Shown: one piece after another, positions 56,737-64,000 of the stretch
How positions within the stretch are numbered: position 1 is the stretch's first letter
Layout of the letters: each line of letters begins with the position of its first letter
NCBI GenBank assembly: GCA_036703075.1
Contig: DATNPT010000475.1
Location: 1,037 to 65,036 of the forward strand
Origin: Chroococcales cyanobacterium
GTDB lineage: Bacteria > Cyanobacteriota > Cyanobacteriia > Cyanobacteriales > Coleofasciculaceae
Length of the DNA stretch: 64,000 nucleotides
Direction: 5' to 3'
Position numbers and translations under genes: made by a program
Notes under the pieces: model-generated
Seen by the model: only the letters and a program-made list of their open reading frames with translations
The model's database searches: none
Told to the model about the DNA's origin: nothing

Positions 56737-57744
56737 ATGCCCTTGGAGGAGAGTGATGCAATGACGAGTAGAGTGATACCTCGGCGACGGAATTCGTTTC
56801 ACGCAATCTATAGACCTTTGGAGTGCCGACCAGACAGCTTCGAGGATTGGTACCAACAAGCCATTGGCTTGAGCGATATGGAGCGTTATGACGAAGCCCT
56901 TGTCAGTTATGAACGAGCTTTAGAGTACAATCCCCATGATTATAGGGCTTGGTACCGGCGGGGTGATGCTTTAGATGCGTTGGGACGCTATGAAGACGCT
57001 TTGGCTAGCTATGATAAAGCGTTAGAAAATGAACCGACTGACTACTGGGCTTGGTGTCAGCGGGGTCTAATGCTGCGGCAACTAGAACGCTACGAGGAAG
57101 CGATCGCAAGCTACGATAAAGCTCTGGAAGCACGACCTGGGGACTACTGGGCTTGGTATAACAAAGGTCGCGTAGCGCTAGAGGATTTGGATTGCTACGA
57201 AGACGCGATCGCCTGTTTGGATAAAGCGTTGGCAGAACGACCCGACGACTACTGGAGTTGGTATCGCAAAGGCGACGCCTTGCGGCAGTTGGAAGAGTAT
57301 GAAGACGCGATCGCTTGTTACGACAAAGCGATTGAACAGCAGCCGGGAGACTACTGGAGTTGGTACCGTAAAGGCGATACGCTACGCCACTGGGGAAGAC
57401 TAGAAGCAGCCCTAGCTAGTTATGACCAAGCGTTGGAGGCTAAACCAGATGACTACTGGAGTTGGTACCAACGAGGGGAGATACTGCGGCAGTTGGGTTG
57501 CTATCAGGACGCCGTTGCTAACTACGCTCTAGCCTTGGCAAGCGAACCTGAGGATGAATACGCCTTGTACAATCAAGCGTGTTGTTATGGGTTACTGGGT
57601 GATGTTGAAGGTGCGATCTCAGCACTGCAAAAAGCGATCGCTCTTAATCCTGGTGAATATCGAACGTTAGTCAAAACTGACTCCGATTTCGATAAGCTGC
57701 GAACCCATGAGAGGTTTAACAGTCTGCTCGATGCCAGGTTCTAG
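56737..57744 (+). CDS. tetratricopeptide (TPR) repeat protein
   Basis: 335 aa with about eight 34-aa TPR units carrying a recurring DYW(A/S)WY..G..L..L..YE(D/E)AIA.YDKAL pattern. Confidence 0.85.
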   Translation: MPLEESDAMTSRVIPRRRNSFHAIYRPLECRPDSFEDWYQQAIGLSDMERYDEALVSYERALEYNPHDYRAWYRRGDALDALGRYEDALASYDKALENEPTDYWAWCQRGLMLRQLERYEEAIASYDKALEARPGDYWAWYNKGRVALEDLDCYEDAIACLDKALAERPDDYWSWYRKGDALRQLEEYEDAIACYDKAIEQQPGDYWSWYRKGDTLRHWGRLEAALASYDQALEAKPDDYWSWYQRGEILRQLGCYQDAVANYALALASEPEDEYALYNQACCYGLLGDVEGAISALQKAIALNPGEYRTLVKTDSDFDKLRTHERFNSLLDARF

Positions 57745-57893
57745 AGAATAAGCTGGGTAACCATAGTTAGTACAAATACAGCCTCTCGGTGATGAAGCTC
57801 GAAATAACAAAGCCCCAGGTTGATTCTGGGGCAATTTTTGTATTTTACACTCAGCAATCAATCACCAACCCGTAAAACTATCGAACTCTTCAA

Positions 57894-58433
57894 CTAGCTG
57901 CCACTCCAACTCACCCATTTGTGAGAGACACCCGTCTGCGTCTCATCCAGTTTCTCTTCGTCCAGACTGGTTCCAGTTAGGTCAGCACCTATTAGGTCGG
58001 CACCCACTACAGAAGCTCCACTGAGGTTAGCATTCTTCAGACAAGCTCCACTCAAGTCTGCGCCACTGAGTTCAGCATCAGTTAGGTTAGCACCAGTTAG
58101 GTTAGCGTTGTGAAGATTAGCACAGCGGAGGTCGGCACCACTTAAGTCTGCACCACTCAGGTTTGCTCCCATCAAGTCTGCGCCAATCAAATTGACCTCA
58201 GTTAAGTTTGCTCCCGTTAAGTCAGCTTCAGCTAAGTCAGCGTTGGTCAAGTTAGCGCAATGGAGTGATGTTCCACTCAAGTCGGCTCCACCTAAGTCCG
58301 CTCGACTCAGATCGGATTGACTTAGATCGGCTCGACTCAAGTTCACTCCACTGAGGGCTGCTTCACAGAGGCTTGCTCGCCGAAAATCTGACTCTCTAGC
58401 GGCGTATCGATTCAAAAGTTCTTGCGTTTTCAT
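57894..58433 (-). CDS. pentapeptide repeat protein
   Basis: 179 aa, almost entirely A(D/N)LSG-type pentapeptides (ADLSGADLSGANL...). Confidence 0.9.
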   Translation of the reverse strand: MKTQELLNRYAARESDFRRASLCEAALSGVNLSRADLSQSDLSRADLGGADLSGTSLHCANLTNADLAEADLTGANLTEVNLIGADLMGANLSGADLSGADLRCANLHNANLTGANLTDAELSGADLSGACLKNANLSGASVVGADLIGADLTGTSLDEEKLDETQTGVSHKWVSWSGS

Positions 58434-58937
58434 GTGCTTTAGTCCCCTAATTTTTCACTGTTCTAGCGGTGTTGCAAAGAAGAGTTCTGGTGCAGGGTTG
58501 ATTACCTTTTGCAGCAATGAACTCAACTCAACCGCGACATGAATTGGCTGGACAAACCCCACATCACACTTGAAACAAAATAGGCCTCTCGCTTGGTTTA
58601 TCACGAGGGCGTGAGCGAATCCGCTTTAATTACATAGCTACTCAATGGTGACTAGTAATATTGAAAATTGTTTACACGCCCTCAGGAAGCTTCGAGCGCG
58701 TTGGTGCTAACCAGTAGTGCGGCTCGCAATCTGTAGTCAGCTTAACCAAAAGCTTACAGCAACCCTAATCTTTTGGTGATAGCCTTTAACAGAAGTTTAA
58801 TCATGGACAGTTGGCTTTTCATCTTCAAGCAGTGACCAGACAAAGGGAAGAGGCGTTGCCGAAGGTAGAGATTCTATCGTTATCACAGGAATCTGTTCTT
58901 AACGTACATCCCTGTTCAACTGCTACTCACGCTTCAT

Positions 58938-59408
58938 ATGTCATTCTTACCTACAGGAGATAAATTGCCGATAGTCCTTCAGCCTGACGGAGGCAAGTTG
59001 CTTGATGTCCTAGGTGACATCGTTACGATCAAAGTTACTGGCGAAGATACCGATGGAGTATACACCGTTGTGCAAACAGTTTCTCCACCCCAAGGAGGAC
59101 CGCCCTTGCATGTACATCATCGAGAAGATGAGGCATTCTACGTATTAGAGGGAGTATTTGAAATACAGTGTGGTGAAACTAAGATTCAGGCAGTTCCGGG
59201 TTCTTTTGTCTTAGCTCCCAGAGAGATCCCCCATACCTTCCGAAACATCAACTCACGTTCAAGCAAGGTCTTGATTATCGTAACACCGGCTGGGATTGAG
59301 AAGTTTTTTGAAGAATTGAGCGAATTGGCTTCGCAAGGACCACCGGATATAGAGAAAGTGAAGGAGATTGCACAGAGATACGAGATTGAGTTAATCTTGC
59401 ACGACTGA
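58938..59408 (+). CDS. cupin domain protein
   Basis: 156 aa with cupin motifs (GGPPLHVHHREDEAFYVLEG; GSFVLAPREIPHTFRN). It is a paralogue-like counterpart of 912..1364. Confidence 0.75.
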   Translation: MSFLPTGDKLPIVLQPDGGKLLDVLGDIVTIKVTGEDTDGVYTVVQTVSPPQGGPPLHVHHREDEAFYVLEGVFEIQCGETKIQAVPGSFVLAPREIPHTFRNINSRSSKVLIIVTPAGIEKFFEELSELASQGPPDIEKVKEIAQRYEIELILHD

Positions 59409-59424
59409 CAACTGACAACTGACA
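59404..59424. repeat. tandem heptamer actgaca x3 overlapping the cupin stop codon
   Basis: Direct reading gives actgacaactgacaactgaca. Confidence 0.85.
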
Positions 59425-59433
59425 GTGGCAAGT

Positions 59434-59951
59434 TCAGTCCTTATCTGTGAGCCCAGTACTGGTGTGTTTTTGAGGCACAATGGGAACCAGGCGAGCAACA
59501 ACTTGAGCTTTACTTAGCTCTCTGACTAGGCGTTGAGCTTGGTGTTTGTAGAGCGGCGATCGCAAAGTTCCGGGTAAGTTTTTCATTAAGTCTCTGGCGA
59601 CATTGAGATTGCATCCGGAAATTCGCGCGATCGCGTTTGCGCCTTCAAACACAGCGTCGTTGGTTAACGCCTTCTCCACCTGTACCCGCCAGCCTTTGGC
59701 AGTGACAAGCAGGACAGCTTGGCACTGCTGAACTTTAGCCCGTTCTAGCACGCTGCTTTGACGACAGTCACAATCAACAGCTCATCCAACAAATCTGGCA
59801 GATCGGGAATGTCCCAGTCCTGAGGTGGTATTTTGTCAATTGCGATCGCGTTAGCCCCAAATCCCTTGAGCGCGACAACGCAATGCTGACCCAAACTACC
59901 CAGCCCGCAAACTAAAAATCGATCCAAAAGTATTGGGGGCTGCTGATGCAT
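59434..59951 (-). pseudogene. frameshifted chimeric gene: N-terminal TrkA-N/Rossmann fragment plus a C-terminal L7/L12-CTD-like segment
   Basis: Two overlapping ORFs (59745..59951 and 59434..59751) sit in different frames. The first has FLVCGLGSLGQHCV (GxGxxG). Restoring one G in attg[g]tgac near 59769-59771 would give the continuous reading ELLIGDCRQSSVLERAKVQQCQAVLLVT. Confidence 0.55.
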
Positions 59952-60115
59952 GTATCGTTTTTTTTGTCAATAATTATTAAATTGATTATAGTGTCAATCA
60001 AAGAACGTTGTGGTGGCAAGACCCTAAGACCTAGAGCAAAAACGCCGTATTAGCTTGATAATCTTGAATGGGAAAGACTTGAAAGCCATTGATTGTTGAA
60101 AACAAAGGGAGCAAG

Positions 60116-60799
60116 ATGACAAAACTCATCGTCATTACAGGTGTCAGTCGGGGACTGGGTCAAGCGATGACAGAAGGATTTATTCAGTCAGGGCATACCG
60201 TCTTGGGCTGCGCTCGCTCGGAAGACGCCGTTGAGCAGCTCAACCAGAAATTTGGCTCTCCGCACAATTTCACTGCCTTAGATGTTGCTGATGACGAGCA
60301 GGTAAAAGCTTGGGCCGAGCGGCTCCTGCGCGACTATGGGGCACCCGATTTGTTGATTAACAATGCGGCAATCATCAATAACTTAGCTCCCCTCTGGGAG
60401 ATTCCTAGTGAGGATTTTTCCCATTTGATTGATGTCAATATCAAGGGAGTGGCAAATGTCATCCGTCACTTTGTCCCAGCCGCGATCGCAAAAGGAAGTG
60501 GTATTATCGTTAACCTGAGTTCCGGTTGGGGTCGCTCCACCTCTCCTCAGGTATCCTCTTACTGTGCGTCCAAGTGGGCAATTGAGGGATTGACGCGATC
60601 GCTTGCTCAAGAACTTCCTAGCGGTATGGCCGCAATTCCCCTCAGTCCCGGCATCATTCATACCGATATGCTGGAAGTTTGCTACGGAGAAGATGCCGCT
60701 AACTACACGTCAATTAAAGATTGGGTCGAAAAAGCGATTCCCTTCATACTCCAGTTGAGTCCCGCTGACAACGGCATGCCCCTCACTGTTCCGGCTTAA
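60116..60799 (+). CDS. short-chain dehydrogenase/reductase (SDR) family oxidoreductase
   Basis: It has the cofactor motif ITGVSRGLGQAM, NNAA and the catalytic YCASKWA (YxxxK). I prefer the ATG at 60116. Confidence 0.85.
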   Translation: MTKLIVITGVSRGLGQAMTEGFIQSGHTVLGCARSEDAVEQLNQKFGSPHNFTALDVADDEQVKAWAERLLRDYGAPDLLINNAAIINNLAPLWEIPSEDFSHLIDVNIKGVANVIRHFVPAAIAKGSGIIVNLSSGWGRSTSPQVSSYCASKWAIEGLTRSLAQELPSGMAAIPLSPGIIHTDMLEVCYGEDAANYTSIKDWVEKAIPFILQLSPADNGMPLTVPA

Positions 60800-60900
60800 T
60801 ACCATTCAGGGGAAAGGGTATCTAACCACTGTAAATCGTAGGAGTGTTAATTCATACCAAATGTAAGTCAGTGCCATTCCCCTTCGTTGTATTGCGCTCA

Positions 60901-61272
60901 TCAACGACAAGCAAGAAGTTGAGCGTTAGGATAAGCCCTTTGTATATCCTGAGCGCGATCGGGATCTGAGCGACCATAGGTAGACACATCTCGAATAACT
61001 TCCGGTGCTGGAGGGGGAGATAAAATGTCTTTACCCAAATCGCTAAATAGAATGACTTGTTGGATTTCTAACTCTTGGTGTTGATGTTGGCGATACAGTT
61101 GTTCGTAACTCTGCGTTACCCGTTGCCATTGAGCTGGGGGACAATAACTCCGGTCGATCAGAACGACAACCTTTGGGACAGCAAACACCCAGCTAATTAG
61201 CAAACCTACAATTAAAAAGCCCAGCCAGCTTAGCCCTAACGTCCGTAAAAGGTGTTGATTCAGTTTAGTCAT
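60901..61272 (-). CDS. small single-TM membrane protein, last gene of the vWA operon
   Basis: I prefer the start at MTKLNQHLLRTLGLSWLGFLIVGLLISWVFAV (ATG at 61272). The longer track ORF overlaps the upstream gene by about 150 nt. No family was recognised. Confidence 0.45.
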   Translation of the reverse strand: MTKLNQHLLRTLGLSWLGFLIVGLLISWVFAVPKVVVLIDRSYCPPAQWQRVTQSYEQLYRQHQHQELEIQQVILFSDLGKDILSPPPAPEVIRDVSTYGRSDPDRAQDIQRAYPNAQLLACR

Positions 61273-61282
61273 GGTGTCACCT

Positions 61283-63034
61283 TTACAAATTTGTCTGAAA
61301 CAGCTCTTTGAGTAGACGTTGTACGTTCTGAGGGTTCCCGGCTTGGACTGTAGACTCCCGCAAGCTGGAGAGCGATTGCAATTCCTGTTGATTGACCTCT
61401 CCGTAGGCGATCGGATAGACCCGCACCTCACTGTATTTCACAATGTCCTTCACCTGCTCAAAGTTAAATCCTGCGTTAGCTTCCCCGTCGGACAGTAGAA
61501 GCAGGTAAAATCGCCCATTTGGATCGGTTTTCTTGCGCTCCATCAGGTCTGCTAATCCCACCATTGTCCCGTCGTACATGGCAGTACTGCCATCGGCTTC
61601 CAGTCGATCGATCGCGGCTAAGAGGCGTTGGTGTTGCAGGGTATCAAAGGGAGCAAGAGGAACTAAGTACTTGGGGCGATCGCTAAATGTAATCAGTCCT
61701 ACCTGATTTCCACTATTGATCGCGTTACTGGCAATCTGCAACCCTTGTTTCACTGACTTGAGGCGATCGCCTTCCATTGAACCGCTCGTATCAATTACGA
61801 TCGTCATATAAACGGTGCGTCCCCCGTCTTTACGCTGCTTCCAATAGGTTTGAGCCGCCTTAAGAACTTCTCCACTCGGAACAGGTGGCAAATCACTACT
61901 CTTGAGATAATCTGTCGCCTCAAAGCCTTGGGTTTTGGCCAGTTGTTGCATCGGGGCAGATGTAGCAAATTCAGCAAACTTCTTGAGAGCGTCCTGTTGA
62001 GTAGGAGTATTCCACTCAAAACCGACTAAGGGACTATTGTGAGGAACTCCAAACGGGATAAACACCGTCTGTTCAAATCCCGGCAAGCGTTTCAGGGTTG
62101 CATAACTCTGGTACTCCAAAGGAAAAGCTTGCAGTTTTTGTTGGTCGCGGATAAAAATGTCCTTCAAGTCCAACGTTGTTAACGTTGTTACCAAAACTTG
62201 CTTTTGAAAGGTGTCAAAAACAGAATTAACTTGGGGAGATTGCAAGTCTGCTACGGTTAGCGGTTTTTTGTCTTGATGATGGCCCGCGCCTCGCCAGAAA
62301 ACTGTATACAGTAAATTCAAGGCTGAAGAACTCGCATAGGGATTGGGATAACCAATCGTTAATTTGCCTGCCAAAATAGCGTTTAACAGTGTCTCAAACG
62401 TCACAGTTCCACGACTCGCCAGCGCCTGATAATCCTTGCTCTGAACCAGGAATCCAGGATAGTTGGGAACCAAAGTGGGATTCACCATCATTTGAGGGAC
62501 TCCCTCACTTTTGAGCATGGCTAACCACAGTTCATTGGAGGGCGTAAAGCCAGTAGGTTTTACAGCTTTCGCGGCTAATAACCTGGTTGCTACTCCAGAG
62601 GGAATATTGCGAATTCCGACTTGAATTACTTGTCCCGAACTGGCAGTAACTTTTTTGCTATTAAAGGCTTCAGCGACATCGACTAACCAGCGTTCATCCT
62701 GTTTTTTAGCATTCCCTTTTTCAGTCGAGCTAAAAATCTCAATGTAGACGGTATTCGGATCGTTGGAGGGTTGAGCGCCATAGAGGGAATAGTCTTCTAA
62801 TGGAGGCAACGGTTCAGAAATTTTATCGACAGCATAGCGAGCAGCGACTTGGTCGGGAACGATTTGTTTTTCTACCTGAATCTTGGGCAGAACTTTTGCC
62901 TGTAGAACCTTTTGAGCATCCTCAAACGAATTGACGGATGGCATGGAATCACTATTGCAAGCCCATACTAAACTCAGGCAAAGTCCTGCGAGCAACCAGT
63001 GAACGAATCTAATACGCAACTTTTTCATGGTCAA
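61283..63034 (-). CDS. lipoprotein with a solute-binding-like N-terminal region and a C-terminal von Willebrand factor A domain
   Basis: 583 aa. It has a lipobox signal peptide (LAGLCLSLVWAC). The vWA domain has an intact MIDAS motif DTSGSM followed by DGSTAMYDG and LLLSDGEAN. Confidence 0.75.
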   Translation of the reverse strand: MTMKKLRIRFVHWLLAGLCLSLVWACNSDSMPSVNSFEDAQKVLQAKVLPKIQVEKQIVPDQVAARYAVDKISEPLPPLEDYSLYGAQPSNDPNTVYIEIFSSTEKGNAKKQDERWLVDVAEAFNSKKVTASSGQVIQVGIRNIPSGVATRLLAAKAVKPTGFTPSNELWLAMLKSEGVPQMMVNPTLVPNYPGFLVQSKDYQALASRGTVTFETLLNAILAGKLTIGYPNPYASSSALNLLYTVFWRGAGHHQDKKPLTVADLQSPQVNSVFDTFQKQVLVTTLTTLDLKDIFIRDQQKLQAFPLEYQSYATLKRLPGFEQTVFIPFGVPHNSPLVGFEWNTPTQQDALKKFAEFATSAPMQQLAKTQGFEATDYLKSSDLPPVPSGEVLKAAQTYWKQRKDGGRTVYMTIVIDTSGSMEGDRLKSVKQGLQIASNAINSGNQVGLITFSDRPKYLVPLAPFDTLQHQRLLAAIDRLEADGSTAMYDGTMVGLADLMERKKTDPNGRFYLLLLSDGEANAGFNFEQVKDIVKYSEVRVYPIAYGEVNQQELQSLSSLRESTVQAGNPQNVQRLLKELFQTNL

Positions 63035-63715
63035 TTAACCTCCTTGAGAGGGTGGGGAAGATTCATCAGTAGGGGATTGCAATGTCGTCTTGTTATCCGC
63101 AATCAGGACTTGCAACCGCTTGGGTAGTGTTGATGTCACAACCGATGTTCCTTGCTCTAATGTGGAAAGGGCTATTTGGTCTTGCAGTTGCTGGAATTGG
63201 TCGTGAGTTTCCCGGAGACGAGCGCAACTCGCCTGTAGCCGTTGTTGAGCGAGATGGCGGTAGGTAGAAGTTTGAATTTGCTCCGTAACCTGTAAGCCTT
63301 CCACCACTTGCCTCAATAGGTCTAAAACCGTGTTGAGCGCTTCTAGCAGTTCTGGGGTTAAAGTTGGCTCTCGTTCGGCAATCCGTTGTGCAAAGCCATG
63401 AATTCTCTCGGCCCAACTTCTTGCTTGTTCCCATCTGAGTTGTGGAAGGTTGGGAATGTTTTGCTCCAAGGCAGCTACTTCGGAGAGAAAGATTTCTCGA
63501 TTGAGCAGGTTAGCCGCTGAGTCAGGTGGAACAGGCTTTGGAGTGAATTGCCAAAGCCAAGATGCGATCGCAACAAGGGCGATAACCCCTCCACTTACCA
63601 GCACAACCGGACGGGAACCCAGCCAAACAATGAAACACAAATAACCCAAACCTATGCCGATGAGGAGCAAATAAGTCTGAGGTAAGCGAACAATCCTACG
63701 CCAGAGTAAATTCAT
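63035..63715 (-). CDS. two-TM membrane protein with a helical cytoplasmic tail, XpaC-like architecture
   Basis: 226 aa with two N-terminal TM helices followed by a long predicted helical region. Its stop directly abuts the start of the vWA gene. The family assignment is tentative and based on architecture only. Confidence 0.4.
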   Translation of the reverse strand: MNLLWRRIVRLPQTYLLLIGIGLGYLCFIVWLGSRPVVLVSGGVIALVAIASWLWQFTPKPVPPDSAANLLNREIFLSEVAALEQNIPNLPQLRWEQARSWAERIHGFAQRIAEREPTLTPELLEALNTVLDLLRQVVEGLQVTEQIQTSTYRHLAQQRLQASCARLRETHDQFQQLQDQIALSTLEQGTSVVTSTLPKRLQVLIADNKTTLQSPTDESSPPSQGG

Positions 63716-63887
63716 TGATTTAGACCTCTTGCAAAAGCCAATGGTTGTGACGTAGCACTAGTATGTATTTCTAGGGCTGTACGACGTATGCAAGCCAGTC
63801 TAATCATCCATAACCAAGAATGGAAAGATAGCTATCCTTGCCTCCCGTGCCATAGCAGTTCTCAAATGAATTGGACGCAAATTATCT

Positions 63888-63917
63888 GTAGGGAATCTCG
63901 CATGCGAGATTCCCTAC
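63888..63917. repeat. perfect 30-bp palindrome with GTAGG/CCTAC ends (REP-like)
   Basis: gtagggaatctcgca (63888-63902) is the exact reverse complement of tgcgagattccctac (63903-63917). Confidence 0.9.
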
Positions 63918-64000
63918 CATGTGGTCTATGCAACTGAGAAACACTATATTTTCCGTATCACGGTGCAAGGACGGTATAGCTAATGTCTGCTGTTGTAAAC

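Noticed and set aside
56737-58433. Tandem sequence periodicity in the TPR gene (about 102 nt) and the pentapeptide gene (15 nt), considered as a possible CRISPR-like or satellite array
   Set aside because: The periodicity is fully explained by protein repeats in long open frames. No repeat-spacer architecture exists anywhere in the window.
61273-61431. N-terminal extension of the 176-aa track ORF (60901..61431), which overlaps the vWA gene by about 150 nt
   Set aside because: The extension is Cys/Arg/Ser-rich and overlaps a well-supported coding sequence. The internal ATG at 61272, immediately before a TM helix, is a more plausible start.

Overview
This is a chromosomal segment from a cyanobacterium. 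The evidence is the many copies of the HIP1 palindrome GCGATCGC (for example 1794-1801 and 1913-1920) and the marker genes ycf23/DUF561, a GUN4-domain gene, an ictB-like gene, a Calvin-cycle-type gap2 and a cyanobacterial-type icd. Coding density is high and most genes are housekeeping: pgi, murB, murC, nadD, gap2, tRNA-Arg(ACG), moaC, moaE, mscL, smpB and icd. Signal-transduction genes are unusually numerous. There are two multi-gene phosphorelay clusters (2355-9068 on + and 32968-39004 on -) that share the same gene-order logic. There is also a MASE1 kinase, two NarL-type regulators, a Ser/Thr kinase, a low-molecular-weight tyrosine phosphatase, a remnant nucleotide cyclase, and a GAF protein with a degenerate kinase core. 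The stretch from about 54.1 to 63.7 kb looks more accessory. It holds a solo TnpB (IS200/IS605-type) element 5 bp tail-to-tail with a DUF790 nuclease-like gene, TPR and pentapeptide repeat proteins, a frameshifted chimeric gene, and a three-gene membrane/lipoprotein-vWA operon of unknown role. I found no CRISPR array, rRNA, prophage or recognisable defence island, and no demonstrably new multi-gene system. The most system-like unknowns are the XpaC-like/SBP-vWA/small-membrane-protein operon, the TnpB-DUF790 junction, and a 1205-aa kinase that fuses an AhpD/CMD-like domain to a LOV domain. All product calls rest on motif recognition by eye in the supplied translations. No database search was run.
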